A stretch of 64,000 nucleotides of DNA from assembly GCA_000708835.1 (NCBI GenBank), contig DF236995.1, forward strand, positions 186,001 to 250,000, given 5' to 3'. This document shows, one piece after another, positions 26,101 through 38,100 of this stretch. The notes beneath the pieces are model-generated. The model worked only from the letters and a program-made list of their open reading frames with translations. It was not told where the DNA came from and searched no databases. The position numbers were made by a program, and so were the translations under genes. Source of the stretch: Klebsormidium nitens. Taxonomy: Eukaryota > Plantae > Klebsormidiophyceae. Numbering within the stretch: the stretch's first letter is position 1; each line of letters opens with the position of its first letter.

Positions 26101-29100
26101 TTCCTTAGGAAGGTTTCTTGTTTCTGTATTGACCCTTCGAAAGATGAGGAACGCTGGCTACAAACCTGTTAAGCACGGGGTGGCCTTCTCCATGAACCAG
26201 ATCGACGCCGTCACGCACATGATCGGCGACAGGAAAGAAGGTGGGTGGGCGTCTTCAAGAAGGGTCCCTCTTGCGTCTCTTCTCGTTTGTCGGTCATCAA
26301 GGCGTAACGTTCTTCCGCAATTGAGCAACGCTGGCTACATTCCTGTTAAGCACGCGGGGGCCGTTCTCTCAACCAGATCCACACGGTCACGCACATGGTC
26401 GCCGACAGGAAGGAATGTGGGTGGGTTTCCCAAGAAGGTGGCTTTCGTTTTTCTCCTCCTTGCGTTGAGTTCCTATTGTGCAGTAGTCATTTGAAAGATG
26501 AAGAACGCTGGCTGCATTCCTATAAACCCTGGGGGCCGTCTCCATGGACCAGATTGACGCCGTCACGCACATGATTGCGGACCGCAAGGAAGGTGGAAAG
26601 GCGTCGAACTTAAGGCTTTTTGCTTCTCTTCTTTTGGGTCGACCTTTGGTTGCGCAGTACTGTCTCGAGAGACAAAAACGTTGGTTTGTTGAGCGTGTTT
26701 CCTCGATTCTCTTTGCTTCTGTTTGTCTCCCTTCACTTTTGACTGACGTACTTAATCGATCGACGCGGTCACGCAAATGATCACCGACAGAAGGAAGGTT
26801 GGCGGGCGTCGAAAAGTTGATAGCTTTTCGCTCTCTTTCCGTTGGGGTCGACCTTCGGTTGCGCCATAATCTTTTGAAGTATCAGAAACGCTGGCTACTC
26901 CAATGTTAAGCAAGGGGTTTCTCGAATCGGCTGGACCAGATCCAACCGATCACGCACCAGATCGCCGACAGGAACGAAAGTGGGTGAGAGGATCTAAGAA
27001 TGGTCGCTTTTGCTAATCATCTCGTTCGTTGGTGTCCGGTTCGGCTTTGTCTGCAGAATTGAGGTCTGCTCGACTCTTTTAAGAGCGCTTTTCCCCCCTC
27101 TACTTCTAGGTCTCCTCCGTCTCACTCCAAATCTGCTCACGTACTGATGCGCATAGTCCTCAACGAGCCGGGCATTTAAGGGTCAAGGGCCGCGCCCTCT
27201 GCTCTTTCGATCAACAAACTCAACTCACAGTCGAGACGTAAGGCAGGGTTCGCCATCAGACAGAGAGTTGTCGGCGTTGGTCTCTTCTGTAAAGTTCTGC
27301 TTTTCACGCTTGAGTTTCGTGATATGACCCTAGAAGGATGCTTCTGATCCTTGATGAGGAAGCGAAGTCTTCAGTCGTCTGTCCTTGACCATTAGCGTAC
27401 TCTCCGCCGGCCCATGACGGGATATTTGTTGCTGGCGGGAATCTGCCAGATTAGACCTGCGTGATGGCCGCTTTAGCGCTGTACATTTAGATTCGTAACG
27501 GTTCCGTACCAAAATCTGTTGCCACGCCCGTTGCGCGCAGAGCCGCCTTTAGGATGCCAGGATGTGAAATTGCAGCTTGACTGCAGCGGGCCTGATCAGC
27601 GAATCTCATATTCACCGGTTGCTTTCCGAAGCAATGGCGTACTTGTTGTTGCCGAGACTCCTCGGCCTGCCAAAGTGGCGTATCGCGTCTTCTCGCTGGG
27701 CTGTCATTTGCTTTTCTGGTGAGACTTGAACTCCCTTGCGCTTCAAGATGCAGTGAGTTGTGGCCACCTATGCCCCCGCAACTGATCAGGAAGTGAGGTG
27801 GATTCAACCGGCCTTACAGGTGGCTGCGCGTTCTGGCTTCGTATAATCATTCCTAGCAGGCCATCATGTCCACGTTTCCATTTAGCCCTTGTACGATTGA
27901 CTTGTCAAAGTAACCCTGAGCTCTCTGCGGTGAGTTTCTTCTGTCCCGGTGAGACCAATCGTAACTGTGACAGCTCAATTTGCGAGCCAAATGCACATTC
28001 CTGGCGAAAAACTGAGAGAGAAACGAAAAAAACAAGGGACAGCGTTGACATTGTTCCAAGCCTGAGTGGAACCAATCTTTCAAGCCTTTGGTACCTGTCC
28101 GTGGCTGGTTTCACCTGGACACTAACGTAATAAAAGGCACAAAGCTGGATGTCCGGTCAATGTTTCTGCGGATTTGTTCAAGGTTCACACTGCCACAAAC
28201 CGCTTGTTCGTTGACAAATCCATAGTGTGGTTCGGTTGCTTGCTTATCAGATCCTCCAAAGCTACCATGAGGTCAAACTTTCACCCCACGCTGTGGCACA
28301 GTTGATACGAAGATCTGTAGTCATCGCTAATCTTGGATGATCTGGTTGCTTGCTCAATTGGACTTTTTTTGATAAGTTACACCAGTCAAACAGCACGATT
28401 GGCGCAGCCCCAGACCTGTATGACGAAGGTGTTGCTTGCGGAACAAGTCCAATACTATCTTGTTTCCGTTGGCAGGATCCAGTATCTCATCTCGTAATGA
28501 ATGCTCGTGTTGTCAAGCTGACAAAAGAACAAAACTTAAGAGTCTGCTGGCTATGACGAGCCGGGACGGCGTGCCAAAATTGCCACTCACCCATGCAATC
28601 TACACGTAGCCACTGTCTTGGGACGTATCGTACAATATAGAAAATCACATGTCGAGTCGTGGATGCTTTTTCCTCCTTTGCGTTGTGTGGAGGGCCGGAG
28701 CTGAAACCCTCATTTGTTGATGAGCATGGGGGCGTTTCCTCAAAAAAGAGGGTCGCCTTGGATTAGAGCTTTCTCTACTGGAGAGGAAGGACGTTGTCTG
28801 CAAGCTAGTCCAATTCAGCGCTTGTGATGAGCAATCAATCTGGCTGTCGTGCGTTGGCCAGATGTATCTATCTGGGCTTCGGATGGCGCTCTTGTGCTTT
28901 TGTGCTGCTTCTCACTGCATTTGGTTCGAATTCTCGCACCGGCAACCGAGATGAGAACCGTGTGACATGGTCGTCTCCCCTCACACGCCGTCGTAGGACG
29001 ACCCCATGTTTTCGCCGGCCAGAGTTGCTTGATCTTCGTTGAAGGAAGCGTAAAGTATGGCGGCGGGAACTAGCGCCCCGCCTGCCTTGACACAAGCCGG

Positions 29101-32100
29101 TCCACTGAAGACACGCGATGCCACAACGGCCGAAAGGGCTTCACTCATTGTCTGTGCTTGACAGTCCCTGTTCTTGTTGGCTTGCTTATAGTCTTGTGAC
29201 ACGCGCCACAATGCGCTGCAGTCAGAGTGGATCGGAAGCGCCGGCCTTTTCAGGTTCAGATTGTTGTCTGGCTCACTTGCGCAGACTCTATGCAGCTCAA
29301 GCGACGGTAGTGATGTTCGCTTCTCTTCTGTGCGGTGAACCTTGGCGCTTTTCATTGCGGCCGCCAATCCTTTCTCTGTCACTTGGGCGGGTGGGGACTC
29401 GACGTCCTGCCCACGCCTGCGCAAGCACCTGCTAATCCTTCTCAACGGCACAGGCCTTCGGACAAGGCGTTCCTGTATCTTCTGGGTGACACTTCAGCTT
29501 CCCTTTCTTCGGCCTATGATGGGACATCGTTGCTGGCGCGAATGGACCACAAAATGCCTACAGTTCCTGACGGCCATGAAGCAATGCACACTTTGATTTA
29601 GACAATGGACCTTTTCCAATGCCTTTCGTCCCCAGCTGCGCGTCCATTGAGACTGCGAAGGTGTTTTCTTGAGTGTCCATAGCGGGCTCATTGAGTCGAA
29701 TCCATAAACACCCACTGTCCCCTGAAGCGGACGGACCACGACTATACTTGCTAAAACTGAGGCGTTTCGGCCTGTCAAACATCGGATTGGCTCATCCTCT
29801 CGCATCGTTGGCTCTGCTGTTTGCTTCGCTGCTGACACTTGTGTGCCCTCACCGTCTATCCAAAATGCATCAAAAATGTTGGAGCAAAGTCGCTACCAGG
29901 ACTGTTGCAGGGTCGTTGGTGTCTTGCGAAACTTATCGATAGCCAGCTTCCATCCCTTTGTTGAGTCATGATATCATCCGACAAGACTGTTGCAGACTAG
30001 AACGGTTGCGGAAAGAGAATTTGCTATCAACGCATATGTCACCAAGTACATTCGTCAGGGTTCAGAACTTGGCACCAAGCACTCTTTGCGGTTCGTTTGA
30101 CAGAAGCAAATCATGCTATTGTGTGCTGGCAATGACGAGCCCGAGTGTTGGCGTGCCTGCCGCCAGTCCCTGTTCCGGTGTATCCGTGTACGAAGCCACT
30201 TTCGAGAAACTTGCTGTACGAGCTAAGGAGTTTGTAAATATGTCAACTCTTAGAAGCATTTTCAGTCATGCACTGTGATGAGGGCCGAGGCTGCGAGTTT
30301 CACATACTTAACGAGGATGAGGCACTTTTGTCGGGTATCTTGTTTGGAAAATACGGTGAAAACCAAGGACGGAGAATCGTAACATCTGCAAGTTTCCTTA
30401 GCTCGGCGCTTGTGATAGGCGATAATCCTGGTTGTCGTGCCCTGGCCATGCTTGTTTTTGGTTTGCATGACAGCGCTTTTGTCTTCTCTGTGCTGATCCC
30501 CCCTTGTTTTGGCCTGCAATTGTCGGCACCCGCAGCCGAGACGAGTCCTACTTCTTGTCTGCCTGACGCCTGTGAGCCTTGTAGGACGTGCACTCAGTAA
30601 GGCGTCAAGGATGGACTTTCAGCGATGGCTTCTTTGACGTTGCATTCATCTCCAGCGCGCTAACGCGCAACCGATGCAGCTCAATCCTCGATACTGACGT
30701 CCGGATTCTGTTCTGTCCGCTCATCAACGGTGGTTTACTGGATTCGAAAATGGCAGATTTGTGTCTCCTAATAACACGGGCGATCCCTGACGTCCCGCCC
30801 CTCTCTGTCCGACCTTCTGCTATTCTTCTTTTCTGAGAGACTTTCTCCGCCTGAAATGTCTCTCCGCTTGCGCGACGCTTCTGCCAAACTTGTTCGGTGT
30901 CCTCGTTGTATGAAGCAATCCACAAAAGACAGAGGATCAGAGGCTCTGGCTAGGGAACTACAGGTCGGGGTTCGGCAGTCAGAATGCGTCAAAAAATTGT
31001 CACCTGACTGCTGATTGTTTTCGCAGACTTTTCTTAGGTGCTTTTGTTTCTGCAAATGGTTCAACCTAACGTGTTACGATAAGGGACTAGTGGCAAGGAC
31101 GTGCCGTCACACGTGGCCTCCTCAAAGGCCATTGCAATTATGCTGTTGCTCTGATGCCAAGCACTCCTACTCGCGATGTCTGAAGAACCTACTCGCTAGA
31201 CATTTCACGTTGCAAAGCTGATGCTGGGGAATGATTCAGCGTGCATCTGGCTTGTTGTCTCTTGAGGGTTCTGACTTCAACGTTGACAAATTCAATCTAC
31301 TACTGCGCCGGCAAGCGCCGGCACTGCTGAGCTGATTCGCTGGTATTACGGCCGACCACCCACGCTGGGTAGTCAAGGCATTCATGATTGGCAACTAGCG
31401 GAGTAATTACTTGCCGACCCTGTCCAGAAGCAAAGAACCCGACGAGAGACGAGTTGTCTTGGTTTCCGGCTGGCTCTGAACTCTTTTGGCGGCAAGCACG
31501 GCGGTCGTTTGAAACATCTTTGAATAGAAGTTATGCTGGCAAAGGTCTGCTTCCACGAGCAATACGTGGGTTTGGTAAAAGGGCAGGCTTGAAGTCTTTG
31601 ACGGTGCGTCATTTGTCAGGCTCTGAAGGGTTTTGGATCACACTGGCGGCTGCAGGCAAATCTACGTCCGTGCAAAATGGAAAGATGGTCGCACGGATAC
31701 GAGCGCAGGGTCCCGTCTTGCCGAGCAAGTGCCTGGGATTTGTGCTGCGCAGTCCGACTGGTCTGAGCGTTCAGTCTCTACTCAAAGTTCGAGTAAAGAA
31801 CATCAAATGGAACTCAATGGCGACGCCGTATGGGCCTCTAGCTGTTTGTTGTAAAGAGGAGCCATGTAGAGCCTGCCCGTTGGCGTCGTTGCCACTCCGG
31901 ATTTTAAGGTCCGGAGCTGTCTCTGTCTTTTTTCTATTGACGCCTTGGACTTTCGCAAGGACTGCACCTCTTTACCTAACCTTCCATCAAACCAGGATTT
32001 CTGCAATGCATACTGATTTGGATAGGATTCCCTTGACGATTCAAGTGTACCTCTGAACGAAGTACGACGGATTGGTGATGCCGACACCGAGTGGCTGCTC

Positions 32101-35100
32101 AAGAGCGGCCACTCTCTCCTCTCAAGGCCCACTGAAGCCGCTATGTCGTGTTTCCGAATTTCGTTTACTGCTTCAGCCGCCCTTTCCAGTTTTCCCAGCA
32201 TACCCGTTGTGCCCTTCTGTGATTCTCGTCGGCAATTGTTGGAGGCCCTAAATGGCGGTAGATATCTCGGGTTTGGACGCGCAAGAAAACAAGATTTGTC
32301 GACAAGCGCCCGTTGATGCGCTTTCTTAATAGTGTTGATTGTAGGAGCTGCTAGGAGTTGTAGTCAGCCGCTCGGCTCGCGTCCTGCGTCGTTCTTCGAC
32401 CTGCATTTTGACGCCACCGGCTGTCACTAAGGGTCAGCCTGTCTCGCAGTTTTGAAGCAACCGTAGGGGAAGCTAAGCTTTGCGTCGGACTTGGCCTCAG
32501 AGTTGGCGTGGGCCTGAATTCCTGAGCATTGTATTCCTTTTAGAAAGACACGGTGCTGATTTATATGTGGACCTCGCTGAACTGGACGTCATCTTAAAGT
32601 TTCACGTCCCATTGGCAGCGATGGATTGGCTGCCAGCGTACTAGTCGACGCAATGCATGCCACTAGTAGAAGCGGAGCCAAAACCCCAAGTTTCAATTGA
32701 CTGCCTTCTACCAATTCACGAATTGGTCGCTTCCACCCACTATTCCTACTTGCCTTCCGTCTTTGGAAGCACCTTTATACGGTTCTCAAGACTTTTCTCG
32801 GAGACGTCCCCATCTTGGTCCTGGAGCAGAGATGCGAGCGCTGCGCAAAGCAGAAAGCTAGTACCTAAACACATAAGGAGCTTATTTATGGTTTGAGCAG
32901 TAACCAACTGGACGATTAATGGCATGAACGCCAGATGTGCAGTGCTCATGATGGGACCTTGGTTTGGCTGTCACGCTATGCCGGGCTCGTGGGTACTGTA
33001 GCCTCAGAAGCACTTACAAATAAATCGGAGTCTTTCACTTGCTTGCTTTTATCCGCTTAGCAGATAGTTGGAGAAATGAAATCGGGTGTTCAGCCTGGCT
33101 CTGAAGTCAACCTGACTTCTGCTGCCATGCCGTCGGGCTGTGAAAACGTCCCAACAAAGGGACACTGGGTTCCTCTCAAACGTCCGTCTTGCTTCATTCG
33201 CTTCCATGTTGGAGTTTTGTTGACCAACGAAACCGAAACGGAGTGTTTTCTAAAAACGGAAGGACAGCTTGCTCGCGTAAGGCGGACTTTGCGGTTATCT
33301 TTGGGACACGACATTGACCACTCATTTGATGAAGACGTGATCAATACCTCTTCAACAGTCAGACTGCTTTGCTCAGACTTTTGCGCTTGAACTTTGTTCT
33401 CTAGTGAAAAGAAGTGTGCTTTTTGTGCTCAACTTTAGATGGCAGAAAGTGACCATGCCCATCCAAAAATGCGCTAACTTTGCGTAGACAACCGCAACCT
33501 CCAGTTATGCCCTTCCTCATCAGCGTCACATTATCGACCTATGATGGGACATCGTTGCTGGCGCGAATTACCGGGGAACTCAGACCTGTCGCCTGATGGC
33601 CGCTCAGCGATTTTCACATCGGATCCCTTTGATGGCTTTTGCCGCTTGCTGCGTGGACAGCCGCATGAAGGATGCAAGAAAGTTCATCTGCTACAATTGC
33701 CTGTAGCGGGCCAAAAGAGTGGATCAAAATTGCTATCCACCCGCACCCTCTAGAGCATTGCTGCAATGCTGGTACAGTGAAGCCGCGCGTGTCTGTCAAA
33801 TCAGCAGAGCAGAAATGCTGCAGTCCGCTGGCCATTATTAGCCGGACGGTTGGTGTACCAATCGCCAACTGATTTCGTCCCAATTTACACAAGGCCTCTT
33901 TTTCAGAAGCAAAGGGGCTTTTATTTCACGTCGCGGATGCATCTTTCTAATCTATACTGTTGAGGGCCGCGGCTGTATCCGTCACAGGATCCATTGATTA
34001 CGGGGCCATTTGTCCATTACGTTTTGAATTGACATGATGTGGTAATCCATCGTGGAGATGCGTAATGTCTGGAGCTGTTTCAGCTCAGCGCTTATGATAG
34101 GCGGTTGTCCTGGCTGTTCTCTCCTAGGGCAGTCTCCCTTCGCCGCTTGATAGCCCTTCTGTGCCTTCTACCGGTTGTGGCTCGTGATTCCTTGCACCGG
34201 CAAACCAGAGGAGGATAACGTCAACTGATCGTGTCTCCTCGCACGCCAGGTTAGGCAATGGCCTTGACGTGCTTTGTGCCTTACTTGCTTCGTTTTTGAT
34301 GACGGAAACCGTACCTTGGACTTGTGCTTACTTGTCCAGATTGCAGTCCGAAGGGTTCCTCAAAAGGGGCACACTCGTCCTTTAGGAGACTACTGCTAAA
34401 GAAGACTCGCCAACGCACGCAGATGTGTACGATAACTCTTAAAGAGGGCTTGTTGCTTCGTTGTTTTGCGCTATGTGTACCGCCTCCGATTCCTTGAGGC
34501 GTGGCGCTGCTATTACTCCATGAGGTTGATAGCAGAGGTAACCTGCAGCCCTGTGGCGTTTGGGCAACGATAAGAGCGGGTGTTGGCAGCGACTTGGCCA
34601 CGAACGGCCCCAAATTCTGTATGAAGCCCAACTTTCAGCACTCTGAAAAGGCTCCCGCGGGTTCCATTTTTCAGAAGGACTCCGTCTCTATCTGCAAACT
34701 GAACAGGGCATCTTCTGGACAAGGGGAGCGTTGGCTGGCTAGCTCTTTTGGTTGAATCGACGTTGGTCTGTTCAATAAGATAACTTCCTCGCCAAGGGAG
34801 TCGCTGACAGGGCTGAGGCGTACCCTGAAATCTGCCCAAACCAATGTTCCGGCATCAAGGGCTGGTTTCAAGGTTTTTCCATGAGCTATAGGTATCTGTC
34901 GGGCTGTAACCAAGTACAAGACAACGATAGCGCTGACAACTCGGCGGACCAGAATTGCAAGTTCTTGAGTTGCGTCCCAGTCCCCTTTCAGCAACCCGAG
35001 TTGTCAAGGCAAAGATGGACGGGAATCCGGCCAACAGAGCTTGTTCTTCTTTTCTTCTTTCTGTTTTCGCTTCACTCTTAGCAAGGTCATCATTCTCCTG

Positions 35101-38100
35101 AACACATTCACGTCATTTGGGCCGAGGCCTTCCTGTTGGTCGGTCTTAGAAAGCATTTGTCCGTTGCTGCTTTTACTGTCGTTGTGGCAGAACCTCTACC
35201 TTTCAAAGGAATGCAATCAGGTCGCAAACCCCCGTATAACGTTGTTTTGATTTGATGCGGGTAATGTTGTGATGATTTGAAACGTGGCCAAGCAGATGTG
35301 ACTCATTTGACGCCGCACCTTGGAGTTTCCAAGCCTTGCCACCCGTGTGACTGAGGATCTTTGGAGATTGGGACACCACAGCGTTAAGCTCGAAACGCGC
35401 CCGCTGATCACTTGATATTACGATGGCAGACTCCGTTACAATCCTGATGAACCTTTCTCTGAAATAGGTTCAGAAAGCTCAACTTTTAGTACTGGGACGG
35501 GTAGGGTTAGTATGGTGGTTAGGGTGGGTGCGGGTGCGGAGCGGGTGAATTAACTGGGTTTGGGTTTTTAGTGTTAGCTCGTTCTTACTAGAACCTTGTA
35601 CTTACTAAACCTATTTTAGAGAAGTAATCCTGATGAGGCCAGGAAATAAGCTCTTCACGGGGTGCATGCCAAGCGTGAACTTTCCTCTGACGGGGGAAAT
35701 ATCGGAGCTGCCAGGAATCCTGGCTCAGTACGGACTTTCATCGTGCTCTTTCTCAGGTCTCTTTCGACCTACTTTTGCACGCACAGGTACTTGCCACGTT
35801 ACTTGTGGTCTTATTTTTTGTCCGCTGACATTTGTCAATCGGTGAGATCAACAGAATGGAAGTCTTCGAACGCTGTGACGACTCTCGTGAGAGCGAGGAA
35901 TCCCTGGTCAATGCAAAGGACGCTGATTTCGAGGCGGCGCTCCTCTAGCGCATTGTGCACTTTGCAATAACGAGGTTGCTTTCCTGCTGATCGAATCCCC
36001 TGCACCCGTCCAGCCCTGCTGGCAATGACGATGTTTTGATGGCGTTAAAGACGTCATATCTTGTGCAATCGGAAGCCAATCAGCTGACCATTTCAACAGC
36101 TGACAAGCTGGTTATCTACGATCTACAAACTATCCTTTCTCCCAGATTTCCAAACTAATATAGCTTTCGAAGGCTCTTCGGTGGTCCATCGGGCAGAGCT
36201 CCTCAGCGGATTCTGAGACGAGTGCGCCCATCAGCCCCAGAAACTTTCTTCCTGTGGGATGGATCGGCGCCTAAATCGGCACTAAGACAGACACCGTTCT
36301 TGTGCAGAGCCATTAATGGAAGGGTAGTCTTTACCGTCAGGCTACGGCAGATCTTGCAGCATCCTTCGCCTTTGAAAGCACTTGGGCGTTGAGAATTGGA
36401 TATCTAACTTGCTGTGGTATGGTCAGCAGATAAAGTAGGGGCAATGATGCGTGTCTCTGCTTTGCTGTGAGGTCGTTTTGTCGGCTTGTCACGAGTTTGC
36501 TGCATTCTTCGTGTCGGGAACCGCTGCTCAGAGGTTCCTCCTGAATCTTCTTTCTCGTGAGCCACTGATTTTTGTGAATTGCGTCAGTGGCCTAACTCAA
36601 CTCTGTGCTAAGTATGTCTACCCCCTATATGGGCCTTCCCTGTAGTCATTAAGCCGTGAGCTCCGCTTCTGCATCGCAAGGATTACTTGCTGGTCTGACT
36701 GCATCCGATGTCAGATCCGGTTCTTTCGTGGTGCTGAACATGATGCGAAGTTAAAATATCGTCAATTCCTTTTTCCAAATGTGGAATTCGGTCATGATGT
36801 GGTCACAATCGGTTGGCAAGGGCGGCCAAAGGCTGCGGAACGGCATACCACTGATGCCGCAAATCAGGAACGCTTGACCTTCTTCCCTTGGCCGTCATTT
36901 TTAATCTTTTTCAATCCTTCGACAGTTACCCAGCTACCCCATCCACCCCAGTCACTCAGCTACCTTGCTCAAATCAAGGAATGTTATCGGAGACCTCAGC
37001 GGAGATTCAACAAGGGTTAGAATTTTCTTACTGAACCGACGCGTGCGCCTCAGCAAATCTCTGAAAGCAACCAGGGGCGTTCATCGTAGTGTGAAAACGC
37101 CGAGTGGAGCCCATCCTCTCCGTATCGAATCGTTACCAACGGAACCTTACCCGTGTGCGCAGGGCCGTACTACCAGGCGGCCGCACGCCGGGGTGACGTC
37201 ATCCACACGAGCTGGGTGTTCGACTGCATCGAAGCGCGGGAACTACTACACGTGCGCCCCAAGTAAGTTTACAATCATCGTAGTTTCTCCTTCGTTCGGG
37301 ATGACCCATCTTGACCACCCCACTACAACGTATTCCTAAAGGCCCATTTTGTGGATTCTGCAGTCACGTCGATTTCCAGGCGGGGAGAGCATGCCTTATT
37401 TGGCGATCAGCTCGGTCTGTTTAGGCACAAGTCCACCGTTCGGATAATACCCCCGTCAAGATGCGGGCAACAAGAGCCGGTTGCGCATTCCGTTCGCCGG
37501 AGCTTCGACGTGAATCAATCGCAGATGTGTTCCGGGCGCGGGCAGGTTACTAATGTCCATTTCTCCCGTGCTTGCTGACTCGATTAGATTTCAAATCCAC
37601 GCATTGCCACGCCGTAATAGAGTTGTCAGGCGGGGCACTTTTCGCCAAGGTTCTCCTGAAAGATCAAGCTCAAGACATCGGTCGAAGACTTTCCTGCCTC
37701 ATGGAACGAGCCATCTGACGGAACCGTACCGCTGATCCACGCGGAGATTGGCGCCCGGCTGCTGACATGGGCACACCTCGACTGTTCCTGTGTGTTGTTG
37801 CAGTAGCGCTTGACTGCGGATATCCCTCTCGTGTTCCCTCATCCAGCTTTGTTTTGATGAAGTGAGGGCCGAAACCGGCATACCTGCCGATTGAGACAAT
37901 CCTTGGGAGAGTTGTTTAACATTAGTATTAGCTTATTAGGTTGCGNNNNNNNNNNNNNNNNNNNNCCACTATTACTCCTTTGGTATGCACCTCGGCATAC
38001 CACGTGGATCCGAAAAGCCATCCGATTGGCTAAGAAATCTGGAAAGCTTTGTGCAGCTTTTCGGTCGACGCGCACCCTTAAGACTTGGAAACACGTTTTG

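Noticed and set aside
18325-28932. tRNA T-loop/B-box-like GGTTCGA at 18325 and 28923
   Set aside because: No D-arm, anticodon arm or acceptor stem at proper spacing.
29490-29550. HDV-like ribozyme suggested by hairpin + GCGAATGGAC
   Set aside because: No P1/P2/P3 partners or L3 consensus nearby in either copy.
27185-33969. AGGGCCG anchors as echoes of the exon 18 acceptor (CAG|GGCCG)
   Set aside because: Only 7 nt match, the downstream exon sequence is absent and spacing is kb-scale; treated as part of the intron 17 module.
35444-35650. Hammerhead-like CTGATGA...GAAA at 35444 and 35630 (also CTGATGA near 1880)
   Set aside because: No stem II can form between the boxes; the motif is part of the TSD.
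26054-37162. Intact LTR/LINE/DIRS or DNA transposon explaining the 11-kb intron
   Set aside because: No RT, integrase, tyrosine-recombinase or DDE motifs, and no long terminal repeats were found.
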